Assembly: GCA_965279515.1 (NCBI GenBank)
Contig: CBDIID010000003.1
Location: 896,001-960,000 of the forward strand
Direction of reading: 5' to 3'
DNA length: 64,000 nucleotides
From: Turneriella sp.
GTDB taxonomy: Bacteria > Spirochaetota > Leptospiria > Turneriellales > Turneriellaceae
Shown here piece after piece: positions 37,274 to 47,442 of the stretch; position 1 is the stretch's first letter; each line of letters starts with the position of its first letter. A program made the position numbers and the translations under genes. Below the pieces are notes generated by a model. The model did not search any database and was not told where the DNA came from. It saw only the letters and a program-made list of their open reading frames with translations.

Positions 37274-39541
37274 ATGAATTTTAATTTTGTTGCGCTATTC
37301 AAGGAACTGACGTTTAAAATTGAACTGTTTACCTATCTGGTGCCGGTACCTGTTGCGGTTTATTTTGCTTTCACAACAGTAAGCAAGTACATCGACGACG
37401 CTTCTAAGGGTATTGCTTTCGTCGTCAGCTTCCTGATCGCCGCAAGCTGCAACGCCACGGCCGCAATAACATGGCGTTATTTCCGATTGCGGAAAATTGC
37501 TGCCTCCCTTAAAAACGGAACAAACCCGCCTGAGGCCACGAAAAAAATGCTTTTGGGCCAACCGCGTTTCGAAGCCACACTGATGGTCTTCCGCTGGGTA
37601 TTCGGATGCATTCAGGGATTTGCGGGAACGTTCTTCTTTTCAGGAATCCCCGCCAGCGCCTGCGTCGAACTCTCGATCGTTTTGCTCGGCTTGCTGGTGC
37701 CACTCGAAAGTGCCGCAACTTACATTATGAGCGAGGCGGCGGTCGCAAAAGTTCTCGAAAAGCCGCCTTTTGATCACGTCGTAATACCCGAAAAGACCGT
37801 GAGGTTCCATCCCTACTGGCTGAAAATCGTTTGGACTGTCTTATCGGTTGTATGGTTGCCATATTTTATGCTGAGTTACCTTATGTACGCGGAGCGCTCC
37901 GGGATGGTTCAGATCACAAATCCCATGACGCATATCCTTATTATGGGTGGTCTCATCATCTTACCGATCGCAATTATGTCTTATTATTTAGGCCGGGGGG
38001 TTTCGCGGGGCCTCAAAACAGTATACTCACAATTGAGGAGAGTGAGCGACGGAGATTTTGAGGTCACAACAGCCGCAACGACGAAAGATGAGTTCGGGGC
38101 GCAAGCCTATGTCCTGAACGACGTCATTTCACGCCTGCGGGGCCTTTATGAAAATATTACGGAACTCAACGCGACGCTTGAATCCAAAGTGAGCCATCGC
38201 ACAAGCGAACTTAACGAAACGCTGAGCGAAATTCGCGAGATAAAGAAACAGCAAGACGGGGATTATTTTCTCACGAGTTTGCTTTTACATCCGCTCAACG
38301 GTAATTTCGCCCAGAGCGAAAAAATTGAACTCGTATCTTTTGTGCGGCAAAAAAAGACATTTGAGTTCCGTAACAGACCATCAGAACTCGGAGGAGATCT
38401 CATCGCCACATATAATGTGCAACTGAACGATCGCCGGTACATAGCTTTTGTGAACGGGGATTGTATGGGCAAGTCGATGCAGGGCGCAGGCGGAGCAATC
38501 GTTCTCGGCACCGTTTTCAAATCCTTTGTCAATCGGACCAAATTTCAGGCAAGGCGGGATGAGATTTATCCGGAGCAGTGGCTGCGCGAATGTTTGTTGG
38601 AACTTCAGGACGTTTTCACGGGATTCGACGGTCACATGGCAACCTCGGCCATCATCGGCCTGATCGACGAAGAAAATGGCGTAGTCTATATGATTAACGC
38701 CGAGCATCCCTGGTCAGTCCTCTACCGCAACGGTAAGGCTTCCTTCCTGAAAGAACAGACCGCAATGTACAAGATTGGTTTTCCCGATGCGGAGAAGAAT
38801 ATGTCCATCAATATTGTCCGGCTGCTTCCGGGGGACGCCATCATTTGCGGCTCGGACGGAAGGGACGACATCATACTCGGCGGCAGCAACGATATGCGGG
38901 AAATAAACTCGGACGAGGCCAAATTTCTGATCTCCGTGGAAGCAGGGAAAGCGGATCCAGCGCTTATTTTCAAAGAACTCGAATCCAGCGGGAATCTGAT
39001 CGACGATCTCTCACTGATGCGGATATCCCTGAAACAAGGCGCCCAATCGTATCTCGACGAAACCTCCGGTACCGAGGAAGTTGATCAAGCCAGATCATTT
39101 TACCAGGCCGGTGAAAACGCCAAGGCGATCGCTATACTTGCGGAACGAGTCCGAAGCGGCGGACCGACGTCGCGCGGGATCGTTCGCATGTTAGCACAAT
39201 TGTACGCGCAGGATAAAAGATATCTCGAGGGACTGAGAATCTGTGAGGAGTTCAGTCAGAATTTCCCCGAAGAAAATACGCTTCTCTACGTAGCCGCTTA
39301 TTGCGCGCTCCGGCTCGGAGACCGCGCTAAAGCGTTAGACCTTTCAGAACGCTTGCGGTTACGTGCGCGGGAACACATTGAAAACCTACTCCTATTGGCC
39401 CGTTTATATGGCCGTAGAAATAGCGTCCGAACACGAATGCTTTTGAATGAAATATTGCAACTACAGCCGAAGAATATAAAGGCGGCAAGTCTGCTGAGGC
39501 AATTAGACGATAGCGTGGATACCGATCTGCTCTCCGCGTAG
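37274..39541 (+). CDS. Membrane HAMP + SpoIIE/PP2C phosphatase with C-terminal TPR-like helices
   Basis: About 6 TM helices, HAMP (KDEFG), QQDGDYFLTS, LGGDL, GDCMGKSMQGAGGA, GSDGRDD, DDLSL. Confidence 0.9.
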   Translation: MNFNFVALFKELTFKIELFTYLVPVPVAVYFAFTTVSKYIDDASKGIAFVVSFLIAASCNATAAITWRYFRLRKIAASLKNGTNPPEATKKMLLGQPRFEATLMVFRWVFGCIQGFAGTFFFSGIPASACVELSIVLLGLLVPLESAATYIMSEAAVAKVLEKPPFDHVVIPEKTVRFHPYWLKIVWTVLSVVWLPYFMLSYLMYAERSGMVQITNPMTHILIMGGLIILPIAIMSYYLGRGVSRGLKTVYSQLRRVSDGDFEVTTAATTKDEFGAQAYVLNDVISRLRGLYENITELNATLESKVSHRTSELNETLSEIREIKKQQDGDYFLTSLLLHPLNGNFAQSEKIELVSFVRQKKTFEFRNRPSELGGDLIATYNVQLNDRRYIAFVNGDCMGKSMQGAGGAIVLGTVFKSFVNRTKFQARRDEIYPEQWLRECLLELQDVFTGFDGHMATSAIIGLIDEENGVVYMINAEHPWSVLYRNGKASFLKEQTAMYKIGFPDAEKNMSINIVRLLPGDAIICGSDGRDDIILGGSNDMREINSDEAKFLISVEAGKADPALIFKELESSGNLIDDLSLMRISLKQGAQSYLDETSGTEEVDQARSFYQAGENAKAIAILAERVRSGGPTSRGIVRMLAQLYAQDKRYLEGLRICEEFSQNFPEENTLLYVAAYCALRLGDRAKALDLSERLRLRAREHIENLLLLARLYGRRNSVRTRMLLNEILQLQPKNIKAASLLRQLDDSVDTDLLSA

Positions 39542-39637
39542 AATAAGAGCAGTCATGGTTGGCTCTGAAGCTTAAAAAACTAAGCCATCTGCGCATCGAA
39601 CTACTTTACACTGACTCTGAACCTGAAAACATGCGGC

Positions 39638-40129
39638 GTGCGTAACGCTGTCTACCCCGGTAGTTTTGACCCCTTTACCAATGGCCATCTCGATATTGTG
39701 CAGCGTTCGTTGCGCGTCGCGGACACACTGACGATTGCGGTGCTCAAGAACACCTCGAAGAAGAGTATGTTCACGCCCGACGAGCGCGTGGATATTATCC
39801 GCGAGGTACTCAAGGATTATCCGCAGGTAAAGGTCGAGACCTTTGAAGGCTTGCTTGTCGATTTTTGCCGCACGCGCGATATCCGCATCGTTATCCGCGG
39901 CCTCAGGGCAGTCTCCGATTTTGACTACGAACACGCGATTTTTCTGATGAACCGCAAGCTTTTGCCCGACCTCGAAACCATGTTCCTGATGGCTGCTTCT
40001 GATAACTCTTTTATTTCCAGCACGATTGTAAAAGAAGTCGCGCATTTTGGCGGCAACATTTCAGACCAGGTGCCGGCTATTGTCTTTGAGCGGATGCAAC
40101 AAAAGAAAAAAAGTCACCATGGCGAATAA
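39638..40129 (+). CDS. coaD: Phosphopantetheine adenylyltransferase
   Basis: YPGSFDPFTNGHLD, RGLRAVSDFDYE, ISSTIVKEVA. Confidence 0.97.
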   Translation: MRNAVYPGSFDPFTNGHLDIVQRSLRVADTLTIAVLKNTSKKSMFTPDERVDIIREVLKDYPQVKVETFEGLLVDFCRTRDIRIVIRGLRAVSDFDYEHAIFLMNRKLLPDLETMFLMAASDNSFISSTIVKEVAHFGGNISDQVPAIVFERMQQKKKSHHGE

Positions 40130-40153
40130 GAGCAAGAAAACCTTTTGGGGCGT

Positions 40154-41773
40154 ATGGTGACAGCTGCTCGCGGGCTCGGCGTCGGTTATCGCGCGGCGCT
40201 GGGGCTCACGATCCTTTCCGCTGCGCTGATTTCAGTCTCCTACGTGCCTTATAATATCTTTCCGCTGGGCTTCCTGGGGCTGATGCCCCTCTTCTACCTC
40301 TTTGAGCATTTTGTACCGAAACGCAAACAGCTCTTCTACCTGTGGCTGGTCTGGATCTTAATTCTGAATTTCATCGCATACCACTGGATCATGCATACCA
40401 TTGCGGTCTACGGCATGATGCCGACGTTTGTGGCTTTTCCTTTGTTCATCCTTTATACGCTCGGTACGGGCAGCAAAATGCTGTTCTTTCTCGTCTTCCT
40501 GAAATGGATGAACCGCCGCGCCGATCTCTTCGACTCTGTCGCCAAACGCACGCTGGCTGTGTCGGCAGCCTTCGGCATCTGCGAGATCGTCGGCTGGCAG
40601 CTCTTCCCCTGGCATGGTGGTAACATTGTCTCCGGGGATATCTGGTATGCCCAGGCGGCGGACCTGATTGGCACGCGCGGGCTTTCCGTGGTCTGGGTCG
40701 CCTTGCAATACCTCGCCTATACCGGTGGCAAAGACTTCTTTTACCGATACAATAAATCTTTTCGGACATTTTTGACGCAGAGCCGCAGCTTCCAGGCGTT
40801 TCTCGCACTTTTCGTGCTGTTCCACGCTTACGGAGCCGTGCGCCTCGACCAGTTTCGCACGGCAGAAACCCAGGCACCCAAAATGCAGATCGGCGTGCCA
40901 CAGGGCAATGTACCGCTCATCACACGCCAACATGAGCGCCCCTACATCATTTCACGGATGGTGGCGCAGACGCAGAAACTCGTTGCCGATGCCAGCAATG
41001 CGGGTAAGAAACCTGACCTGATCGTCTGGCCTGAAAGTTCGATTCCGGCCATGGAATTTGAGCGCTCGATGGAATTAAAATTGGCCGTCACCGATTTACA
41101 AAAATACACCAATACCCCCATCATCATCAACGACATCTATCATGAGAATAACACCGATAAGGATTATTCAAACATGTGGCACCTGGACAATACCGGTATT
41201 CCCCTGAACAGTTATCAGAAAAACTTCCTTCTGCCGTTTGGGGAATTCATGCCGCTGGGAAATCAGTATCCAGCCCTCAAAAATCTTTTTCCCGCGGTCT
41301 CCGATTTTTCGCACGGTGAAAAATTCTCGCTTTTTCATATTGCGACCAGGCACGGTATCGTTAAGGCCATGCCTCTCATCTGTTACGAGGTTATTTTACC
41401 CGAGTATGCCCGGGGTTTCGACACACTGACGCACTATGAGGCTCAGTTTATTATCAACATTACGAACGATGCCTGGTTCGGCGAGAGCATTGAAAGCCTG
41501 CAACACATGACACTGGGCGTGATGCGTGCGATCGAACTCAGGTTGCCGATCGTGCGCTCGACGAACTCCGGGATCAGTGCCTACATCGCCTCGACGGGAG
41601 AGGTTTCCGGTCAAACCAAGCTGTTTGAACGCGTAAACCAACTCTACGAAGTTCCGGCGATGCCGCGTTCAAAAACACTTTTTGCCGTGATCGGCAACAC
41701 GATTCTTTATGCCTTCATCGCCTTATGCTGCGGCTATCTGGGGTTCCTGTGGTTTCGCCGGCGCCAGACTTAG
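40154..41773 (+). CDS. lnt: Apolipoprotein N-acyltransferase
   Basis: QGN, WPES, YQKNFLLPFGEFMP, ICYE, TNDAWFG, RAIE, RSTNSGISA. Confidence 0.95.
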   Translation: MVTAARGLGVGYRAALGLTILSAALISVSYVPYNIFPLGFLGLMPLFYLFEHFVPKRKQLFYLWLVWILILNFIAYHWIMHTIAVYGMMPTFVAFPLFILYTLGTGSKMLFFLVFLKWMNRRADLFDSVAKRTLAVSAAFGICEIVGWQLFPWHGGNIVSGDIWYAQAADLIGTRGLSVVWVALQYLAYTGGKDFFYRYNKSFRTFLTQSRSFQAFLALFVLFHAYGAVRLDQFRTAETQAPKMQIGVPQGNVPLITRQHERPYIISRMVAQTQKLVADASNAGKKPDLIVWPESSIPAMEFERSMELKLAVTDLQKYTNTPIIINDIYHENNTDKDYSNMWHLDNTGIPLNSYQKNFLLPFGEFMPLGNQYPALKNLFPAVSDFSHGEKFSLFHIATRHGIVKAMPLICYEVILPEYARGFDTLTHYEAQFIINITNDAWFGESIESLQHMTLGVMRAIELRLPIVRSTNSGISAYIASTGEVSGQTKLFERVNQLYEVPAMPRSKTLFAVIGNTILYAFIALCCGYLGFLWFRRRQT

Positions 41774-42453
41774 CTTTGCGGCAAGTCGATTTTACCGTCG
41801 CGCATCAGCAGGCGGCGTGATGCAGCCATCGCCAGTTCTGATTCATGCGTCACAACAATGATCGTGAGTTTGTCTTCGGCCTGAAGCGTGTTTAACACAT
41901 CAATAAAACGCTGGCGGTTGTCGCTGTCGAGATTTCCGGTCGGTTCATCGGCTAAAACCAGGGGCGGATTTTTCACCACGGCGCGCGCCACGGCCACCCG
42001 CTGGCTCTCTCCCCCTGAAATCTGCGAGGGATAGTGATTCATGCGGTGGTCGAGACCGATACGCTTTAAGATTTTTGCGGCCTTCTCTTTTGCCTCTGCG
42101 TTGGGCACACCCTGCGCGCGCAGGGGCAGCATGACATTCTCCAAAACAGAAAATTCCTGCATCAGGTAGTGGTTCTGGAATATAAAACCGATTTTGTCGC
42201 GGCGGAAGACATCCACCGTCTTATGTTTAATCTCAGCCGTGAGTTCAAGACCGTCGATGACAATCTTGCCCGAGTCGGGTTTATCAAGCGCGCCCAATAG
42301 GTTGAGGAGTGTGCTTTTGCCTGCGCCGGATGGCCCCTGGATTGCGACAAACTCACCCGATTCGACGCTGAAACTGATGCCCTTCAAAACCTCGGCAAAC
42401 GCTTCGCCGTCGCGGTAAGTTTTATGCAAATCTGTAACTTCGAGGATCGGCAT
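41770..42453 (-). CDS. lolD: Lipoprotein-releasing ABC transporter ATP-binding protein
   Basis: GPSGAGKS, GFIFQNHYL, ISGGESQRVAVARA, ADEPTGNLD; downstream of a LolC/E permease. Confidence 0.88.
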   Translation of the reverse strand: MPILEVTDLHKTYRDGEAFAEVLKGISFSVESGEFVAIQGPSGAGKSTLLNLLGALDKPDSGKIVIDGLELTAEIKHKTVDVFRRDKIGFIFQNHYLMQEFSVLENVMLPLRAQGVPNAEAKEKAAKILKRIGLDHRMNHYPSQISGGESQRVAVARAVVKNPPLVLADEPTGNLDSDNRQRFIDVLNTLQAEDKLTIIVVTHESELAMAASRRLLMRDGKIDLPQS

Positions 42454-43811
42454 CAGAATTCCGCCTTACGGATAATATCAATAGGTTCGAGCTTCGCGGC
42501 TTTGCGCGCCGGGATAATCGAGGCGAGTATTGAAAGGATCACGGATACATAACCCAAAACGCGTAACAGCTTCCAGTCGATGTCGATCGGCAGATGGTCG
42601 AAATAGTAAACGTCACGCGGTATCAGGCGGACATCCAACCACATACAGGAGCTGAGTTTCGTACAATAGATGTGGCCAAAGTAGTTGATGACGGCTTCGA
42701 CACCGTGCAGGATATTTTCGAGGTTATTGGCAAGGCCGACACCGGCAAAAATGCCCGCGACCGAACCGATGATACCCATCGTCATACCGGTAACAGCGAA
42801 AATCATCAGGATATGCTGCCGCGAGAAACCCAGCGATTTCATGATACCGATGTCGCGCCGGTGTGCCCGCACAATGTTAAATGTCGCGATGATGATGCCG
42901 ACCATTGCCGCGATAATGAAGAGGAAAACGATCACGATCATGATCGTTTTTTCGAGGCGCAGCGCGGCAAAAAAATTACGCTGCTCGTCTTCGATGGTGC
43001 GAATCGTATAGGGCCAGGCTCGCGCAATCTTGCGGCGTGTTTTAGAGAGCGTGTCGGTGTCTTTGAGGCGAATCACCAGCTGCTGAACGGCATCGGGCAA
43101 GGCATAAAGGTTTTGTACCGTTTGCAGCGACAGCACCACCACTTTCGTGTCATAATTGTAATGCCCGGTCTTGAAGAGCGCGGCAATCTTAAAAGTACGT
43201 ATAGAAGGTGTCACGCCCGTCTGCAGATTGAATTGCCCGCGCGGCACAATCAGCTCAATGCTGTCGCCGACGCTGATATTCAGGTTAGCGGCCATTTCTT
43301 TACCGATGATGGCATAGTCGCCCTGCGGAATTTTGCGCGCATTCGGCGGCTCGACAATCTCCGGGAAGTATGAAGGTATTTCAAAAGTCTTCGCGGTGTC
43401 GTCGGGCTTGAAGTCCATGCCACGCACAAAAACGTGATCGAGAAACTTGCGGCGGCGGAAGATTGCCGGCGACTGGATATTGCCTTCGACTGCTTCGACG
43501 TCGTCTTTGAGTTCGGTCGCCAAACGCTCTTTCCACTTCTGCCAGCCAGCGATCTTCTCGCCGCCGGTGATGCGGTCGACCGTGAGCATAACATGGGGAT
43601 CAAACTGGAAGATACTTTTTTTCAGCTGCGCCTGGAATCCGCCAAAAATCGACATGACGACCACCAAGAGGCTCGTGCCGACAAAGACGCCGACGAAAGC
43701 CAGGAAGGCATTCATGCTGAGGAAATACTTACTCTTGCCCCGGGAATAGCGGTAACTGATGCCCAGCGCGAGTTTAAAGCGTTCGAAATTAGGGGATTTA
43801 CTGACGGCCAT
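42453..43811 (-). CDS. Lipoprotein-releasing ABC transporter permease (LolC/E family)
   Basis: LVVVMSIFGGF, FFAALRLEK, DIGIMKSLG, YYFDHLP, IPARKAAKLEP. Confidence 0.9.
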   Translation of the reverse strand: MAVSKSPNFERFKLALGISYRYSRGKSKYFLSMNAFLAFVGVFVGTSLLVVVMSIFGGFQAQLKKSIFQFDPHVMLTVDRITGGEKIAGWQKWKERLATELKDDVEAVEGNIQSPAIFRRRKFLDHVFVRGMDFKPDDTAKTFEIPSYFPEIVEPPNARKIPQGDYAIIGKEMAANLNISVGDSIELIVPRGQFNLQTGVTPSIRTFKIAALFKTGHYNYDTKVVVLSLQTVQNLYALPDAVQQLVIRLKDTDTLSKTRRKIARAWPYTIRTIEDEQRNFFAALRLEKTIMIVIVFLFIIAAMVGIIIATFNIVRAHRRDIGIMKSLGFSRQHILMIFAVTGMTMGIIGSVAGIFAGVGLANNLENILHGVEAVINYFGHIYCTKLSSCMWLDVRLIPRDVYYFDHLPIDIDWKLLRVLGYVSVILSILASIIPARKAAKLEPIDIIRKAEF

Positions 43812-43947
43812 ACTGAGTAATTAAAGCAACGCAAACTTCAGAATCGAATCATAACGGCGAGACAAATTGGCATCATCCAAAACTTGGCCGGGTTTGGCGT
43901 TCATTATTCGAATTGCCAATACCTTTTGGATTCGGCCGGTGGCGGAC

Positions 43948-44733
43948 GTGAAGCTACAGAATAAAAACATCATTATCGTTGGCGGCTCGGACGGCATCGG
44001 GCAGGCCGTCGCTCTTGCATTGAGCAAAGCAAATAACTCGATTGCAATCATTGCACGCAATAGAAAGACGCTCGAGCTCACGGCAAAGCAGATTGAAAAA
44101 AATGGCAGCCGGGCTCTTGTTTGTGTGGGTGACGCGGCAAACGGTAAATTGGCGAAAAAACTCGTGGCCGATATCTGGAAAAAATTCGGCCATATCGATA
44201 TGGCGCTCCTTAACGTCGGCGGTGCATCCGACGTTTTACGTGTCGCGACAGGTGACGCTGAAGAAGCAAACCACGCGATGCGGCTCAATTTCGACACGAT
44301 GACCAACTATCTTTTCCCGATTGCGCAGATCATGAAAGATCAGCCTCAAGGCGGGGTTATCGCGCACACGAACTCATTGGCCGGATATCTGGGCATGCCG
44401 CTGGCGCTTCACTATAATGCCGGCAAAGCCGCGACACGGATTTTTCTCGACGGTGCGCGTATTGAGCTCGCCCGCCATAATGTGCGAATCGTCAATCTTT
44501 GTCCGGGCTTCGTGCAGACGCGCCTGCAGGCAAAAAACCCCTTACCGACGCCTTTCCTTATGACACCTGAAAAAGCGGCGTTGAAGATGGTCAAGGCAAT
44601 AGAACGGGAAAAAAAGGAATATTCATTTCCCTGGCAATTGGCATTGAGCACTCATCTCGGACGCCTGCAACCAAAATGGATTTTGTCGATTTTCTTTCGT
44701 ATGGCCGCGGGTAAACAACTATCCGGTAAGTAA
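43948..44733 (+). CDS. Short-chain dehydrogenase/reductase
   Basis: GGSDGIG, YNAGK (YxxxK), PGFVQT; GTG start 43948. Confidence 0.9.
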   Translation: MKLQNKNIIIVGGSDGIGQAVALALSKANNSIAIIARNRKTLELTAKQIEKNGSRALVCVGDAANGKLAKKLVADIWKKFGHIDMALLNVGGASDVLRVATGDAEEANHAMRLNFDTMTNYLFPIAQIMKDQPQGGVIAHTNSLAGYLGMPLALHYNAGKAATRIFLDGARIELARHNVRIVNLCPGFVQTRLQAKNPLPTPFLMTPEKAALKMVKAIEREKKEYSFPWQLALSTHLGRLQPKWILSIFFRMAAGKQLSGK

Positions 44734-44868
44734 GACTATTTAGCGACGCAGGAATCGCCTGCGGCGCAGCGAGGACGCTGAGCGAACCCCGAACCAAAAA
44801 TTAGTATTAGCACTCGCTCTAACCAGCTGTGGCCGCTTTGCGGCCTCCGTCTTCGGTGCTACGTCGCC
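44733..44868 (-). pseudogene. Degenerate tandem copy of tRNA-Met interrupted by two hairpin insertions
   Basis: Colinear matches to the adjacent tRNA and its 3' flank (AGACTATTTAGCGACGCAGG, CGAACCCCG.ACC, TCGCTCTAACCAGCTG, GCTACGTCGCC) with ~27-bp inserts and a decayed anticodon arm. Confidence 0.85.
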
Positions 44869-44881
44869 TCGAATAGACTAT

Positions 44882-44956
<75 letters not shown>

Positions 44957-44963
44957 ATTATTC

Positions 44964-44998
44964 TTACTAAATAGGGGCCGCTGGCCCCTATTTAGTAA
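44964..44998. terminator. Perfect 16-bp inverted repeat between the two tRNA genes
   Basis: TTACTAAATAGGGGCC-GCT-GGCCCCTATTTAGTAA. Confidence 0.6.
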
Positions 44999-45003
44999 TC
45001 ATT

Positions 45004-45076
<73 letters not shown>

Positions 45077-45258
45077 GTATAAGTTATATTGTGAGTTTGA
45101 GACAGGGTGACAATCCTTTTTGGTATTTGGGCATCCCAATTGCTTAGCTGGCAGCGTGGAAATTTGCCGATGCTTGACCACCTATGCAAAAAATACAGTG
45201 CAAATCTCTCTCCACTAAAAGGCAAAAATCACCGTAAGGAAATCCGTTTAATCAGACT

Positions 45259-47361
45259 ATGAGCACCGCAACCATCTCTTACCGCAACGACCTGCAGGGC
45301 CTGCGTGCCATCGCTGTTATCGTTGTTTTTCTCTTTCATCTCTGGCCTGATACGTTTCGGGGCGGATTTATCGGTGTCGATGTTTTCTTTGTTATTTCGG
45401 GCTTTCTGATCACCAGCTTACTGGTGGCTGAAATCGAGAAAACCGGCGCGCTGAGCCTGGGCAATTTCTGGTCGCGCCGGCTACGCAGGCTCTTGCCTGC
45501 CGCCACGCTCGTTCTTTTAGTTTCACTCTGGGCTTCCCTGAAATGGCAGCCTGAAACCGAATGGCTCAATACCGCCAAACAGGTCTTCGCTTCAGCGCTT
45601 TATTTTCAAAACTGGATGCTGGTAGCGCAATCTGTCGACTATATGGCGCGCGAAGCGAGTGCCACCGTGGCGCAGCACTATTGGTCGCTCTCAATCGAAG
45701 AACAGTTTTATTTTGTCTGGCCCCTGCTGGTGTTTTTCTGCGCCCACCTCAGCCGCAGGTCCGGCCGGTCGATCCGCTCGGTCGCGGCAATTTTTTCCAT
45801 TTTGATGCTGGTCGTTTCTCTGTTTTTCTCCATTTTCGTGCTACGCAATACGCCGCAGGGTTATTTTGTCACCACGACGCGCGCGTGGGAGCTCGCCCTC
45901 GGGGCAACGCTTGCGATACTGTGGCCCTATGTTAAGCTCGCCACTGGCCTGCGCATCGGTCTTAGCTGGGCGGGACTCATCATGGTCATAGCATCAGTCT
46001 TCGTGGTGAAACAAGGCGGCGACTTTCCGGGATTCATTGCCCTGCTACCCACCATGGGCGCCGTGTTTCTGATTCTCGGCAACGAGGCGCGCTTCGCGGC
46101 TGGCTCTCTTCTGGGTAAACAACCGACACGCTTCATCGGCGATATCTCATACGCGATCTATTTGTGGCACTGGCCGCTGATTGTTATCTCAAAACATATT
46201 CCCCAATTGGCAAAATGGCCGGCATGGCAGGTTTCCGCGGGGATTATCGTCTTAACGCTGGTGCTCTCGGTGCTGACAAAATTCCTCGTCGAAGATCCGT
46301 TCCGCAGTGGCTTTCTCGCTTTCTTCAAATCAAACCGCAGGCGCTTTGTGATCGGCTCGCTCGCCACGGCACTCGTGCTGATCATTGCCGGCTCCGGAGT
46401 TTCTGCATACACTTGGGTTAAGGAAGAAAAAGCCTGGCAGGCGCTCAAGGCGAAGGAAAAGGCTACGATCCACCCGAAATCCGAATACCCCGGCGCGGCG
46501 GCCTTCGACCCGATTTCACCGGCACCGGTACCTGCAGGCATGCCGATCATTCCGAATCCGGTGATCGCCGAGCACGATATGGATGGCAAACACGCGCACT
46601 GCATGGGGCTCACGGGTAGCATGCAGATCAGGCAATGCGAATTCGGCGTGCGTAACGGGCCCAAGACCATCATACTTGCGGGCGATTCGCATGCGATGCA
46701 GTTCGGCACCGCCATTGAAAAGGTCGCGAAGCTGCACGGCTGGCGCTTCGTGATGTTTGTCAAACCCGCCTGCCCGTTCGGGGATTTCTCTGTTTATACC
46801 GAAGGGTATGAGCGCGGCGAATGCTGGCATTTCAGAAAAGAGGTACTGCGCAGGGTTCTCGAAATTAAACCCGATCTTCTGCTCGTCGGTTCGGCACGCG
46901 CCGGACTTTTCGGCCAGATTTCTGCCGCTGAAAAACAAATCACGGGCTTTAAGACGTATCTGCAAAAGTATATCGACGGGGGTATCCGCATGGGAATCAT
47001 CCGTGATAACCCGAGCCTGCGCATATCGGCACCCGGCTGTGTGCTCAGTTACGGCAAAGACCACACGCTTTGCAACAGCCAGCGCAAGCTCGTGATCGAT
47101 ACGCTGAAGGATTACCTCGTCAATGTAGCAGAGATGCTGCCCGAAGCCTCGCTGGTCGACCTGACGCATCTCTATTGTACCAAGGATATCTGCCCCGCGG
47201 TGATCGGCAATATTCTCGTCTACCGGGATAGCCACCACATCACCGACGCCTATGGAAAAACCATGGCGCCTTACTTTGATAAGGTTATCCGGAAGTTACT
47301 GCTGAAACCGGCACCGACACCTGTCGTTGCGGCAGCGGTACCACCGGCACCAGCGAAGTAG
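45259..47361 (+). CDS. Acyltransferase-3 fused to SGNH domain (OafA/OatA-like O-acetyltransferase)
   Basis: YRNDLQGLRAIAV, GVDVFFVISGFLI, HYWSLSIEEQFY, ISYAIYLWHWP, GDSHA, YRDSHH. Confidence 0.93.
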   Translation: MSTATISYRNDLQGLRAIAVIVVFLFHLWPDTFRGGFIGVDVFFVISGFLITSLLVAEIEKTGALSLGNFWSRRLRRLLPAATLVLLVSLWASLKWQPETEWLNTAKQVFASALYFQNWMLVAQSVDYMAREASATVAQHYWSLSIEEQFYFVWPLLVFFCAHLSRRSGRSIRSVAAIFSILMLVVSLFFSIFVLRNTPQGYFVTTTRAWELALGATLAILWPYVKLATGLRIGLSWAGLIMVIASVFVVKQGGDFPGFIALLPTMGAVFLILGNEARFAAGSLLGKQPTRFIGDISYAIYLWHWPLIVISKHIPQLAKWPAWQVSAGIIVLTLVLSVLTKFLVEDPFRSGFLAFFKSNRRRFVIGSLATALVLIIAGSGVSAYTWVKEEKAWQALKAKEKATIHPKSEYPGAAAFDPISPAPVPAGMPIIPNPVIAEHDMDGKHAHCMGLTGSMQIRQCEFGVRNGPKTIILAGDSHAMQFGTAIEKVAKLHGWRFVMFVKPACPFGDFSVYTEGYERGECWHFRKEVLRRVLEIKPDLLLVGSARAGLFGQISAAEKQITGFKTYLQKYIDGGIRMGIIRDNPSLRISAPGCVLSYGKDHTLCNSQRKLVIDTLKDYLVNVAEMLPEASLVDLTHLYCTKDICPAVIGNILVYRDSHHITDAYGKTMAPYFDKVIRKLLLKPAPTPVVAAAVPPAPAK

Positions 47362-47372
47362 AATTGGTTATT

Positions 47373-47435
47373 AACCACGGCGAACACGTAGAGCACGGCG
47401 TAATAATTTGCGAAGCGCCGTGCCTGCCGTGGCTT
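47373..47435. repeat. CACGG-unit palindromic intergenic repeat
   Basis: AACCACGGCGAACACGTAGAGCACGGCG...CGCCGTGCCTGCCGTGGCTT between convergent genes. Confidence 0.85.
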
Positions 47436-47442
47436 TTTCTAT